The translations under genes and the position numbers were made by a program. DNA of 64,000 nt from an uncultured Holophagae bacterium. Its GTDB lineage: Bacteria; Acidobacteriota; Thermoanaerobaculia; Thermoanaerobaculales; Sulfomarinibacteraceae. Each line of letters begins with the position of its first letter. Within the stretch, counting starts at the first letter, position 1. The stretch covers positions 176,450 to 240,449 of the forward strand of contig CAVQBD010000003.1 of assembly GCA_963710645.1 (NCBI GenBank), given 5' to 3'. Below, one piece after another: positions 28,032-38,104 of this stretch. Below the pieces are notes generated by a model, which worked only from the letters and a program-made list of their open reading frames with translations, was not told where the DNA came from and did no database searches.

Positions 28032-30773
28032 ATGATCGGCAGCAATGTTGCGCACTACAAGGTGACTTCGAAACTGGGCGAGGGCGGGATGGGAGAGGTG
28101 TGGCGCGCGGAGGACACCAAGCTCGGCCGCGAGGTGGCGCTCAAAATGCTGCCCGACGTGTTCGCCCAGGATCCGGAACGGCTGGCTCGCTTCGAGCGCG
28201 AGGCCCGGGTTCTGGCATCGCTGTCCCACCCGAACATCGCCGGCATTCACGGCATCGAAGAAATCGACGGCCATCGATTCCTGGTCATGGAGCTGGTGGA
28301 GGGCCCGACCCTGGCGGAACGCATCCTACAGGGGCCGATGCCCATCGAAGAAGTGGTTCGCATCGCCAAACAGATTGCCGAGGCGGTGGAGTCTGCCCAT
28401 GAGAAGGGCGTGATCCACCGCGACCTCAAACCGGCCAACGTCAACATTACGCCGGACGGAAATGTGAAGGTGCTGGACTTCGGTCTGGCCAAAGCGCTGG
28501 TCGGCGAATTCATGTCCGGCGACGGCGTCGATCAGGATCTGTCGCTGTCGCCGACCCTGACCCATGCCATGACGGGTCTGGGCGTGCTCCTGGGTACGGC
28601 GGGCTATATGAGCCCCGAGCAGGCGCGGGGCAAACCGGTGGACCGGCGGGCGGACATCTGGTCCTTCGGGTGCATCTTGTACGAGATGTTGACCGGCCAG
28701 AAATTGTTCTCCGGAGAGACGGCCACTGACGTGATCGGTGCGGTCGTGCACAAGGAACCGGACCTCGACGAGCTTCCACCGAAGGTGCCGCCTCAAATCC
28801 GTCGCCTGCTCGAGCGGTGTCTCCAGAAGGATGCCAACCGTCGGCTGCAGTCCATTGGCGACGCTCGGATCGCTCTTCAGGAGTGGTTGGAAAACCCTGA
28901 GGCCGAAAAGGTCGTGGCGCCCGAGGCCGCCCGTCGTTCGCCGTGGCTCGCGGCCGCCGGTGTGGCCGCCGGACTGGCAGTGGGTATCGCGCTGGGAGCC
29001 ACACTCCTCGGTGGTCACGATCAGCCTGAGCTCCTGCGGCGCTTCGAAATCAATGTCTCGGAGCAGGGTCTGTTCTCCCGCCTCGGCTCCGGAATCGAGG
29101 TATCTCCGGACGGCAGCCAGATCGCCTACACCACCGGTCTAGAGGGGCAGCAGCAGTCGCTGATTCTCAGGCCGCTGGACCGTTTCCAGGAAACCGTCCT
29201 CGCGTCCGGCGAGGGCGGCGCCGGCCCCTATCACCCCTTCTTTTCGCCCGAAGGCGATTGGCTGGGCTACGTCACACCCGGTGAGCTGAAGAAGATCTCC
29301 ACAAGCGGCGGCGCTCCGATCACCCTCACCGAGGTGGATCGCAGCCGCGGAGCCACCTGGGGACCGGACGGCACCATCGTCTTCAGCCGCTCGGTCTTCA
29401 CAGGGTTGTCACTGATCTCAGCGGCCGGCGGCGACCCGCGGCCGCTGACGGAGATCGATGAGGAGGCCGGGGAGCAGTCACACCGCTGGCCGCAGTGGCT
29501 CCCGGGAGGCAAGGCGGTTCTCTTCAGCTCGCTGACCAGGGGCGGTCAATTCGTTTTCGAGGACGCTGCGATCGAAGTCGTGATCGTCGAAACAGGTGAG
29601 CGCAAGGTCGTCCACCGGGGAGGCTACTACCCCCGGTATGTTCCCACCGGACATATTCTCTATATCCACGAGGGGACCCTCTTCGCCCTTCCTTTCGACG
29701 CCAAACGCCTCGAAGCCACCGGCTCCCAGATTCCGGTTCTCGAGGGGCTCGAAACCAACCCCGGTCAAGGGTCGGCACAGTTCGCAGTGTCGGACACCGG
29801 GTTGCTCGTTTACCTCGAAGGCGGGAACGAGCTCGAACCCTTTCCCATCGTGTGGACCGACCGCGAGGGCCGAGCCGAGGAATTGTGGAGCGAACCGGGG
29901 ATTTACGGTACGCCTCGTCTTTCACCTGACGGCGGCCGACTCGCGGTCTCGGTACTGCGCGGCACCAACTGGGACGTCTGGGTCTACGACCTGGAGCGGG
30001 ATGTGGCCACCCGCATCACTTTCGGTGAGGCCTACGAGGCCGATCCGGTGTGGTCCCCCGACGGCCGCTGGATCGCCTACGAGGGGGAAATCGACGGAGT
30101 CGACGGAATCTTCCGCAAGCGCACCGACGGCACGGGTGATGCCGAAATGCTCCTCGAGCCGGGGAAACACACTTTTCCAGCCCCTCAATCGTGGTCCCCC
30201 GACGGACGCCACCTCGCAATTCAGAGCGCCGGCGAGGGTGGCCAGACCGATATCTATATCCTGCCCCTCGGCGAGGACGGTCGCCCCGGGGAGGCGGAGG
30301 TCTTCGCCCAGACCCCGTTCACCGAGGACGGCGGGTCGTTTTCACCTGACGGCCGTTGGCTCGCCTACAACTCCAGCGAAACCGGCCGCTCCGAGGTCTT
30401 CGTCGCCTCTTTCCCGCCCGGTGGCGGCAAGTGGCAGGTCTCGGACGGCGGCGGCACCCAGGCTCGGTGGTCGAGGGACGGACGCGAACTCTTCTTCAGA
30501 ACCGATGACGGCATCATGTCTGTCACGGTCACGACCGAAGGGAAGAGTTTCCGAGCGAGTCGGCCGCAAGTCGTTTTCGAGGGGGACTTCCTCGGTGGGC
30601 TCCGTGGAGTCCTGCTGCCCGGCTTCAACTTCCCCGATTATGATGTCTCGCCCGACGGCCGGCGCTTCGTCATGTTCCAGGGCACCACTGAGGGTGCGCA
30701 GGTGACCGAGGCCAAGGTGGTTCTTGGCTGGTTCGAGGAGCTTCGCCGCCTCGCTGCCTCCGGCGCTCACTAG
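28032..30773 (+). CDS. Hanks-type Ser/Thr kinase with TM helix and TolB/WD40-like beta-propeller
   Basis: LGEGGMGEV, VALK, HRDLKPAN, DFGLAK, GTAGYMSPEQ; many (W/F)SPDG repeats. Confidence 0.96.
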   Translation: MIGSNVAHYKVTSKLGEGGMGEVWRAEDTKLGREVALKMLPDVFAQDPERLARFEREARVLASLSHPNIAGIHGIEEIDGHRFLVMELVEGPTLAERILQGPMPIEEVVRIAKQIAEAVESAHEKGVIHRDLKPANVNITPDGNVKVLDFGLAKALVGEFMSGDGVDQDLSLSPTLTHAMTGLGVLLGTAGYMSPEQARGKPVDRRADIWSFGCILYEMLTGQKLFSGETATDVIGAVVHKEPDLDELPPKVPPQIRRLLERCLQKDANRRLQSIGDARIALQEWLENPEAEKVVAPEAARRSPWLAAAGVAAGLAVGIALGATLLGGHDQPELLRRFEINVSEQGLFSRLGSGIEVSPDGSQIAYTTGLEGQQQSLILRPLDRFQETVLASGEGGAGPYHPFFSPEGDWLGYVTPGELKKISTSGGAPITLTEVDRSRGATWGPDGTIVFSRSVFTGLSLISAAGGDPRPLTEIDEEAGEQSHRWPQWLPGGKAVLFSSLTRGGQFVFEDAAIEVVIVETGERKVVHRGGYYPRYVPTGHILYIHEGTLFALPFDAKRLEATGSQIPVLEGLETNPGQGSAQFAVSDTGLLVYLEGGNELEPFPIVWTDREGRAEELWSEPGIYGTPRLSPDGGRLAVSVLRGTNWDVWVYDLERDVATRITFGEAYEADPVWSPDGRWIAYEGEIDGVDGIFRKRTDGTGDAEMLLEPGKHTFPAPQSWSPDGRHLAIQSAGEGGQTDIYILPLGEDGRPGEAEVFAQTPFTEDGGSFSPDGRWLAYNSSETGRSEVFVASFPPGGGKWQVSDGGGTQARWSRDGRELFFRTDDGIMSVTVTTEGKSFRASRPQVVFEGDFLGGLRGVLLPGFNFPDYDVSPDGRRFVMFQGTTEGAQVTEAKVVLGWFEELRRLAASGAH

Positions 30774-30954
30774 CCCACACTTCTCACCGGGTTTCGTCAC
30801 GAGGGCGGCGAAGGGTGGTCAGATGTTGGGTTTTTAGCGGATCGGGCAACGCAGGCGTAGTCGCACTACGTTGAGGAGCACGATTCGCGAAAAGCACGAC
30901 AGATGGCCGCGATTCGCCGCCCGCAGCAGACACTCGGCGAGGAGTGCGGGCTAG
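30770..30954. mobile_element. MITE-like fold-back element bounded by CTAG
   Basis: Imperfect 22-bp terminal inverted repeats (CTAGCCCACACTTCTCACCGGG / reverse complement CTAGCCCGCACTCCTCGCCGAG); internal arms also complementary; no ORF. Confidence 0.7.
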
Positions 30955-31075
30955 GAATGTGTACGCGGCACCGATCATCCAGACGCCCGTGATCCACCAA
31001 AACTGTCACCATGACCTGGAGTCACAGTAAACTGCCCACGTGGACGTGGCTCGATTCGGTCTTTCGGAGGCAAAA

Positions 31076-32173
31076 ATGTTCCATCGACTCTCGGTCCGAC
31101 AACGCTGCGCACTCTCATGTTCGGTCCTGCTCTTGACCATTGGACTCCCCTCGGCAGGAGCTGCCGCCGACCACGGTTTCGCCGGGATGTCCACCACCGA
31201 CAACCTGATGGTCTTCGACCTCGAAGCAGGAGTTTCTTTGCCGCCGGCCATCAATCTCCTGCCCGAGGGCAACTACCCCTACGACGCCACAATCCACCCA
31301 GCCGGTCACGAGCTCTGGGTGGTGGGGGCAGGCGGTGACGGTGTCGTCGTCATCGATACCGCCACCGGGGCGATTCTCGACCGCATCGACCTCACCGGGA
31401 TGGCCGAGTACCCGGTGGACGTGGTGTTTTCCAGATCTGGCGACCTCGCCTATGTCAGCGGCCGAGACTCGGACCAGGTAGCGATCATTGACGTCGCCAC
31501 CCACAGCCTTACCGGCGCCACCGTCCCCATTGCGGCCCATGGTTCCGGCCCAGGCAAAATGGCCGTCAATCCGGCCACCGGCATGATCTACCTCGTGGAT
31601 TGGTATGACGACCAGCTTCACGTCATCGATCCCACAATCCCGGACGTCATCAGCTCCGACGTCGTGGGGAGCTCACTGTGGGACGTGACCGTTGACGCGG
31701 CCGGCACCACCATCTACCTCGCCGACCGCGGCACCGACCAGATCCACGTGCTCGATGCCACAGACCTCGGCCTGATCACCAGCGTGGCGGTGGGCGACGA
31801 CCCCTGGGGCCTCGACCTGACCCCCGATGCCAAGCTGCTCTTCGTGGCCAACGAGGACAGTCATGACGTGTCGGTCATCGACACGCCCACCAACACCGTC
31901 ACCACCACCATTCCTCTCGCCGGTGACGCCGACCCGAGGGACGTGGATATCAGCGCAGATGGTCTCGCGGCTTACGTGCCCTCGGGCTCCATAGCCGGTG
32001 ACGACGTGGTCTACGTCATAGATGTGGCGGCACTGGCGATCGTGGACACCATCTCCATGGCACCAACCTCGAATCCCAACGTCGTGGCGGTGGCACCGCA
32101 GGTCGGACTCATGATCTTCACCGACGGATTCGACTCGGGCGATGCTGGAGCGTGGTCCGCCATCTCGCCCTGA
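31076..32173 (+). CDS. Secreted YncE/YVTN-type beta-propeller with C-terminal IFxDGF tag
   Basis: GGAGG RBS; signal peptide; repeated P.DV..S.DG..YV / V.VID blades; ends IFTDGFDSGDAGAWSAISP. Confidence 0.9.
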   Translation: MFHRLSVRQRCALSCSVLLLTIGLPSAGAAADHGFAGMSTTDNLMVFDLEAGVSLPPAINLLPEGNYPYDATIHPAGHELWVVGAGGDGVVVIDTATGAILDRIDLTGMAEYPVDVVFSRSGDLAYVSGRDSDQVAIIDVATHSLTGATVPIAAHGSGPGKMAVNPATGMIYLVDWYDDQLHVIDPTIPDVISSDVVGSSLWDVTVDAAGTTIYLADRGTDQIHVLDATDLGLITSVAVGDDPWGLDLTPDAKLLFVANEDSHDVSVIDTPTNTVTTTIPLAGDADPRDVDISADGLAAYVPSGSIAGDDVVYVIDVAALAIVDTISMAPTSNPNVVAVAPQVGLMIFTDGFDSGDAGAWSAISP

Positions 32174-32248
32174 TCAATAGCAGCGTTTGGTGTACATCGA
32201 CGACCGAAACGAAAGAGATGGAATCGGTCCCGCGTCTTGTGAGTTCGT

Positions 32249-34342
32249 TTACGGCTTCACCCTGTCCCACTCGTCGAGGGTTCCCGAGTCCATTCCTGTT
32301 CTGAATATCTCGCAGTTGGTTCCGGGCAACCCGAAGGCCGCCTCGAGCCACGGCGTGAAGAAGATGGTGCCCGGACCGGAGATGACCGTGTCGCCATTTC
32401 CGGGTCCCTCCCCCGACGGGCCCGTGGAATCACCCCACCAAACGTTGCGGGCATCCAGATCAACCGGGTTGTCCAGGTACATACCGCCACCGACGTTCCC
32501 GGTGATGTCGTTGCACTGAGCCACGAAGCTCCCCGCACCTCCGAGACCGATGAAAACTACCCCGGTTTCGCCGTTTCCGACAAAGGAAGATCGCCTGATT
32601 TCGACGCGCTCGATGTCGACATTCTCTCGATAGAAGATCAAGCCGTCATCGGCGTTGCCTTCGACAACGCTGTCGACCACCTTCACCGGACCCACATCCC
32701 CCTCGAATTCGATCCCCATGTCGAGGTTGAAGCTCGTGGTGGCGCGGGCCACGAGCACCGGCCCGTGCACGTTGTCCATCCGCAGACCGGCTTCGCCGTT
32801 CCCGTTGGATACGATTCCGGACACGGTGACCGGTCCTTCAACGTGACCCAGCCAGATTCCATCTTCGGCACCATCGCTTCCGTTCCCGTTGGTGACGCAC
32901 GATCTGATGATGACCTCGTCCAGACGCTCGGGATCCAGGCCGTCGATTTTGATCCCCTTGCCTTCCGGGTTGTTACTGCTGACGCAGTCTTCCACACGCA
33001 CCCGAGCGCTGTTTTCGATCTCGATGCCTGTTGAGGTGTTGTCTCCGGCCGTGGCGCCGAACACAGTGATGTCTCCAATGGCTCGCAGAGAGTAACCCTC
33101 GTCGCCGTTCCCTAGGGCACCGCCGCCGGACACGTTGCACGCCCCGGTGACGCTGGAATCAACCGAAAAACCGTCCGATGTGTTGCCGTCAGCATTGCAG
33201 TCTTCGATCCATACCGAGGATGCATTCTCGACCACGAATCCGGAATCGAGGTTGTTCGAGGAGACTACTCCCGTGAGCGTCACTCCTCCGCCCGGCCGCA
33301 GATCGTAACCTTCGTCGGCATTTCTTTTGGCCTCCCCGCCCGACACCTCCACTGAGCCGGTCACGCTACCTTCCACCGCGACCCCGTCCGATCCGTTGTC
33401 ATTGGTCACCACATTGGTCAACACGGTTGGCCCCGAAACCTCCCGGATTCTCAGTCCGTTTTCGGCACCACCCTGTCCGTTGGCATTGACGGTGCAGTGG
33501 CTGATGAAGAGCCCGGGCACCAACCCTCCCCCATCCCCGGTGACGTGGATTCCCTGGCCCCCGTTGTTCGTCACCGTCGCGTTGCTTACGGTCACCGTCG
33601 CCGCGCTGCCGATGGACAGGCCGTCGCGACCGTTGCCGTCGGATGTCCCACCGGTGAGGGTTGTCTCCCCGTTCCCTTCGATCAAGATTCCGTCAAGAGT
33701 GTTCCCGGTGGCGCCAGGATTATTCAGTTCCACCGTTCCGGCCACATTCATGACGTGGATTCCGTGATGAGGGTTGTCGGTGCCCGCACAGTCGGTCAGG
33801 ACCGCCGACGCCGCCCCGTCGACCTGGATTCCCGTTCGCGCGCTGTTGGTCCCGGTGCACCGCTCGAGGGTGACCGGTCCGGTAGCGTCAATGACGATAG
33901 CTGTGTAGCCGCAGTTGATGGCGTTCACGTCTCTGAGGATCACCGGACCGGTCTGACCCAGCAACACGCCGCAGTCACCCGGGGACGAAAAATCGATGCC
34001 GTCCACGGTGAGGGTCCCGGTAAAAAACGAGGTGACGATACCCTCGTCGATTGGAGGGATCACCAGAACCGTTCCCGGTCCGTCGGCCGCCTCGATGGTC
34101 AGATCGCCCATCGTGTCCATAAACTGGGGTGTGAGCTTTTCGTTGAAGGTGCCGGGGTCGACGCTGACCGTGTCACCGTCGGAGGCGTGTTCAATGGCCG
34201 CCTGGATCGTGCAGCACGGTGTGCAGTTCGTGTCTGTGCAACCGGGCGTGCCGGGGGTCGCCACCTCCCACGTTGTCGCCGCCAAAGCCCCGGTCCAGCC
34301 CAAGACAACAACCAACGCTCCAACGATGAGTCTGTCACGCAT
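32249..34342 (-). CDS. Secreted right-handed parallel beta-helix protein with C-terminal tag
   Basis: PCCTIQAAI, GDTVSV.PG.F.E, many N..DG repeats, LDARNVWWGDSTGP; ends IFRTGMDSGTLDEWDRVKP. Confidence 0.9.
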   Translation of the reverse strand: MRDRLIVGALVVVLGWTGALAATTWEVATPGTPGCTDTNCTPCCTIQAAIEHASDGDTVSVDPGTFNEKLTPQFMDTMGDLTIEAADGPGTVLVIPPIDEGIVTSFFTGTLTVDGIDFSSPGDCGVLLGQTGPVILRDVNAINCGYTAIVIDATGPVTLERCTGTNSARTGIQVDGAASAVLTDCAGTDNPHHGIHVMNVAGTVELNNPGATGNTLDGILIEGNGETTLTGGTSDGNGRDGLSIGSAATVTVSNATVTNNGGQGIHVTGDGGGLVPGLFISHCTVNANGQGGAENGLRIREVSGPTVLTNVVTNDNGSDGVAVEGSVTGSVEVSGGEAKRNADEGYDLRPGGGVTLTGVVSSNNLDSGFVVENASSVWIEDCNADGNTSDGFSVDSSVTGACNVSGGGALGNGDEGYSLRAIGDITVFGATAGDNTSTGIEIENSARVRVEDCVSSNNPEGKGIKIDGLDPERLDEVIIRSCVTNGNGSDGAEDGIWLGHVEGPVTVSGIVSNGNGEAGLRMDNVHGPVLVARATTSFNLDMGIEFEGDVGPVKVVDSVVEGNADDGLIFYRENVDIERVEIRRSSFVGNGETGVVFIGLGGAGSFVAQCNDITGNVGGGMYLDNPVDLDARNVWWGDSTGPSGEGPGNGDTVISGPGTIFFTPWLEAAFGLPGTNCEIFRTGMDSGTLDEWDRVKP

Positions 34343-34372
34343 CCCGAACCTCCCCGGTTCAAACCTGGATTC

Positions 34373-34390
34373 TCATTGAGGCCTCAATGA
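34373..34390. promoter_or_regulatory. Perfect 18-bp palindrome, candidate operator
   Basis: TCATTGAGGCCTCAATGA in the divergent intergenic region, ~30 bp upstream of the beta-helix gene. Confidence 0.45.
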
Positions 34391-34558
34391 AACAATGTAC
34401 TGTCGCAGACATTTTGTCAATTTCTTGAAACCCCGCTCAATCGTCGGTGAAAACCGGACCGAATTCCGCGTCGTAGGGGTACCCATTCCCGACTTCCATC
34501 GGTGAGACGATGAGGTTCTCGGACTCGTATAATTGGAGAAACCCAACGGAGAAGAATC

Positions 34559-35650
34559 ATGAAGACCTGGATTGCGTCCCTCGTCGTCGTTCTCTGTGCT
34601 TCGGCAATGCCCGCCACGGCCCAAGAGACCCGGGGCGCTTCTTCGGTGCCGACACCCCGAACGTTGACGGTCGGGGACCTGCCCGACCCCTACCCCTGGG
34701 GATCGAAGATCGCCCGTGGTGCGCTCGTCCCGCTGGAGTTCTCCGTCGATCTGGACCGTCTCGCGCCGCTCGGCACGACTCCCGGCAACGGCGCCGTCTG
34801 GTTCGCCGATTTCTCCAAGAATATCGGCCCCCGAATCTCCGAGTACGAAGCGGCGCAGTCCTCCACCATGATGTGGCAGGAGAACGGACAAGACCGCAAG
34901 ATCCTGCCTCCCGATCACCCGCTGCTGTTGGAGGCCGAGCCCGCCGTCGACCAGGGCCGTTGGTCATTCTACCCCGACGTCTACCCCTGGACCGGCCCGT
35001 CGACACCCATCGCGAACTTGCTCTTCGCCCTCCAACTCGGCAGGTCCTGGATCGCCAGGGGCCAGCAGGCGACCGATCCCGAGCTGACAGTCGAGGATTA
35101 TCGCCGCACGGTTCGCCTCGGGCGCCTCCTGCTCCAAGACGACGTCACCCTCATTCAGAACCTCATCGGCACCCATCTGGTTCGGACAGGCGTCGACGCC
35201 ATCTACCGCCAGGCGCGCGAGCGCGGCGATGGCGCCACCGCGGCCTTTGCGGCGCTCGTCCTCCAAGATTGTGCGGTTCTCCGTATCGAAATGACTCGGC
35301 GCTTCCAGGACATTGCCACATTCTCCGACTTCGTTGCGCGAATCGACGCCGACGATGGGTCTGACCACATCGAGCTTCGGTTGCCCGACGATCGCCTGGC
35401 CGCGTTGGTCACTGCCGCGACCGAGGACCCGAGCCGCGCCCTTCGGATCGAGTCCACCACACCACTGTGGATCACCAGCCACATGGGCACCGAGTCTCAG
35501 CGAGAGATTGCGGAGCGGGTCTTTGCCCGACTGGTGGACGACCCCGATCCACTGGTGGCCGCCGCAGCCGCCGATCTGACGTCACGAGAGTTTGACCCGC
35601 TGGACCTGGAGGCCCATTGGGGCATCCCGGCTCCCTCGAACGGGCAGTGA
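34559..35650 (+). CDS. Hypothetical secreted alpha-helical protein
   Basis: GGAG RBS; signal peptide MKTWIASLVVVLCASAMPATA; HEAT-like C-terminus (LVDDPDPLV). Confidence 0.75.
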   Translation: MKTWIASLVVVLCASAMPATAQETRGASSVPTPRTLTVGDLPDPYPWGSKIARGALVPLEFSVDLDRLAPLGTTPGNGAVWFADFSKNIGPRISEYEAAQSSTMMWQENGQDRKILPPDHPLLLEAEPAVDQGRWSFYPDVYPWTGPSTPIANLLFALQLGRSWIARGQQATDPELTVEDYRRTVRLGRLLLQDDVTLIQNLIGTHLVRTGVDAIYRQARERGDGATAAFAALVLQDCAVLRIEMTRRFQDIATFSDFVARIDADDGSDHIELRLPDDRLAALVTAATEDPSRALRIESTTPLWITSHMGTESQREIAERVFARLVDDPDPLVAAAAADLTSREFDPLDLEAHWGIPAPSNGQ

Positions 35651-35678
35651 GAACGACCTTTCCGAACCGGGCGGAAAC

Positions 35679-37007
35679 TCAAGGTCTATAGCTCTGGATC
35701 CGCGACTCCGGAACCCGTTGCGACAACCGGGCCACCCTCTCCCGCACCCTGGCGATGATCTCGTGCTTGTCCAAGGTCAGCAGCTCACGATCCCGCATGA
35801 CAACCCTGCCGTCACAGATCACTGTCTGAACATCCGAAGACCGTGCCGAGTACACCATGTTGGCCAGTGGGTCGTGCACCGGTTGATGGTGCGCACCGGA
35901 CAGATCGACCAAAATGAGATCGGCCAGAAAACCGGGCGCGACGCGGCCCAGATCATCGGGCCGGCCAAAGACCGTCGCGCTCTCCACGGTCGCGATGGTC
36001 AGCGCCTGATCAACGGTCATGATGCGGGGATCACCCGCCTCGTGTTTGCTGACCAAGGCCATCAGACGCAGTGACTCCAGGACATCCAGGGTGTTGTTGG
36101 AGACCGGGCCGTCGGTGGCCAGCCCAACCGACAGCCCCGCGGACCGGAAGGCCTGAACAGGTGCGGCACCCGTGCCGAGCTTGAGATATGTCTTGGGTGC
36201 GTGCGCGACACCACATTTCTTTTCCGCCATGAGCAAAATGTCGTCGGGCGTCGCGCCGCAACAATGAGCCAGGATGGTGGGCCGGTCCAAGATCCCGGTG
36301 TCCGCCAGCACCTGGATCGGGGTGCGACCGTGCCGCTTGAGACTGGCCGCCGTCTGGTCGGCGGTCTCGGCCGCGTGGATATGGACCCCGAGGCCGAGCG
36401 ATTCGGCCTCCATGGCGATCAACTCCAGAAACTCGTCATCGCAGGTGTACGGAGCGTGGGGCGCGAGCCAGGTGGTGATCCGGCCCTCCGCCGCGCCGTT
36501 GTACTCGTCGGCGAATGATGAGGTGATTTCCACCCCTTCTTTCCCCTGGCTTCCGAACACCCCCCAACCCAGGGCGGCCCGGATTCCGGCCTGCTCCACC
36601 GCCTCGGCGATCCGGTTCATGTGAAAGTAGTGGTCGGCCACCGAGGTCACTCCGGCCTCGATGAGTTCGGCCAGCCCGAGCTGCATGCCCCAGAACACAT
36701 CGTCCTCGGTCAGATTGCTCTCCAGCGGCCAGATGTAGTCGTTGAACCAGGTGGCGATGTCCACGTCTTCGGCCAAACCGCGGAAAAGCGTCATGGGAAC
36801 GTGGGCGTGGGTGTTGATGAGACCGGGCATGGCCAGCATCCCCTGCCCGTCAATCACTTCGCCGCCCTCGATCACGGACAGCGTCCCTTTCGGACCGATC
36901 TCGGCAATCCGATTGCCACGGATCAGGATGTCACGGTCCTGCACGACCTCGCAGCCATCATCCTCGTACCGCAGCACACCCACGTCGCGGATCAACAGTT
37001 CCCTCAT
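35679..37007 (-). CDS. Amidohydrolase, MTA/SAH deaminase (MtaD)-like
   Basis: MPGLINTHAH, APHAPYTC, HIHAAET, AHC, GLATDG.SNN.LD. Confidence 0.9.
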   Translation of the reverse strand: MRELLIRDVGVLRYEDDGCEVVQDRDILIRGNRIAEIGPKGTLSVIEGGEVIDGQGMLAMPGLINTHAHVPMTLFRGLAEDVDIATWFNDYIWPLESNLTEDDVFWGMQLGLAELIEAGVTSVADHYFHMNRIAEAVEQAGIRAALGWGVFGSQGKEGVEITSSFADEYNGAAEGRITTWLAPHAPYTCDDEFLELIAMEAESLGLGVHIHAAETADQTAASLKRHGRTPIQVLADTGILDRPTILAHCCGATPDDILLMAEKKCGVAHAPKTYLKLGTGAAPVQAFRSAGLSVGLATDGPVSNNTLDVLESLRLMALVSKHEAGDPRIMTVDQALTIATVESATVFGRPDDLGRVAPGFLADLILVDLSGAHHQPVHDPLANMVYSARSSDVQTVICDGRVVMRDRELLTLDKHEIIARVRERVARLSQRVPESRIQSYRP

Positions 37008-37129
37008 AAACGAATATTGTGTTCCAGCCCCGGGTCGCTTGCAACGGCTGGGTCAGTGTTCCGACTCGAGCCGGGCCAACCGATGGCCGTGGACCTCCAA
37101 CTTCACCAGCCGGGTCATGGCGAGGCTGA

Positions 37130-37288
37130 AGAGGGCGCGAGCCATAAGAGATTTTCGGCCGGGTTGGGGACGAAGGACAGCGCGAAGAAGGTCAGCAGGA
37201 GACCGGTCTGGCCAGCCAAGACCCAGGGTCTTCTTCGTCCCATGGGCAAAAAGGTCCACCGGTCCATGATGGGTGCGTTGACAAGCGG
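37130..37288 (-). pseudogene. Internal fragment of an AmpG-like MFS transporter
   Basis: LVNAPIMDRWTFLPMGRRRPWVLAGQ is an MFS motif-A-like loop; there is no start and no continuation. Confidence 0.6.
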
Positions 37289-37327
37289 ACTCGGAAGCAA
37301 ACGGCGCGGCGGTGATAACCTCACGCG

Positions 37328-38092
37328 ATGGACTTCTCCGATCCCCACTCCCTCGAGCTCTTTCTGAGGGTCTATGGGACCCTTCCCAGGGCCGGTCCGG
37401 GCGCCACCGAACATACCCTCAAGGCCCTCGCTCTGGTTTCCGGCCCGCCGCCCCGGACCGTCCTCGATCTGGGCTGTGGCCCCGGCGCCCAAACCCTAAT
37501 TCTGGCTGAAGTGTTGCCCAGCGCAAGAATCCTCGCTCTCGACGTCCTGCCCCCGATGGTGGAGAGAACCAGACGCCGGTTGACCGAGGCGGGGTTTGGA
37601 GACCGTGTCCGGGCCGAGGTGGGCGACATGGCCTCGCCTTCGGTGGAGGCGGCCAGCCAGGATCTGATCTGGTGCGAGGGCGCGATCTACTTCATGGGTG
37701 TGGCCGGAGCCCTGCGCACCTGGCGCCCGCTCTTGGCTCCGGGCGGCAGCGTCGCTTTCACCGAGTCCATCTGGCTGAGTTCCTCACCTCCGGACGAAAT
37801 ACGCGACTGGTGGCAGGCCGAGTACCCGGCCATCACCGATGAGGCGGGCGTCCGCACCGCCGTCGAGACCGCGTCCTTCGACACCGTCGCCTTCTTCCCA
37901 CTGCCGGCAGACGCCTGGTGGGACGACTACTATCGGCCCATGGAGGCGCGCATCGCGGCTCTCCGTGCCGATCACCCTGATGACCCCGTCGCCCAAGAAA
38001 TCGCCGACACTGCCGACCGGGAGATCGACATGTTCCGCAGGTTTTCGGACCACTACAGCTATGGGTTCTTCATCGTCAAACCGCGGCCCTGA
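37328..38092 (+). CDS. Class I SAM-dependent methyltransferase
   Basis: LPRAGPG, VLDLGCGPG, GDM, DLIWCEGAIY. Confidence 0.92.
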   Translation: MDFSDPHSLELFLRVYGTLPRAGPGATEHTLKALALVSGPPPRTVLDLGCGPGAQTLILAEVLPSARILALDVLPPMVERTRRRLTEAGFGDRVRAEVGDMASPSVEAASQDLIWCEGAIYFMGVAGALRTWRPLLAPGGSVAFTESIWLSSSPPDEIRDWWQAEYPAITDEAGVRTAVETASFDTVAFFPLPADAWWDDYYRPMEARIAALRADHPDDPVAQEIADTADREIDMFRRFSDHYSYGFFIVKPRP

Positions 38093-38104
38093 CTCGCGAC
38101 CGGC

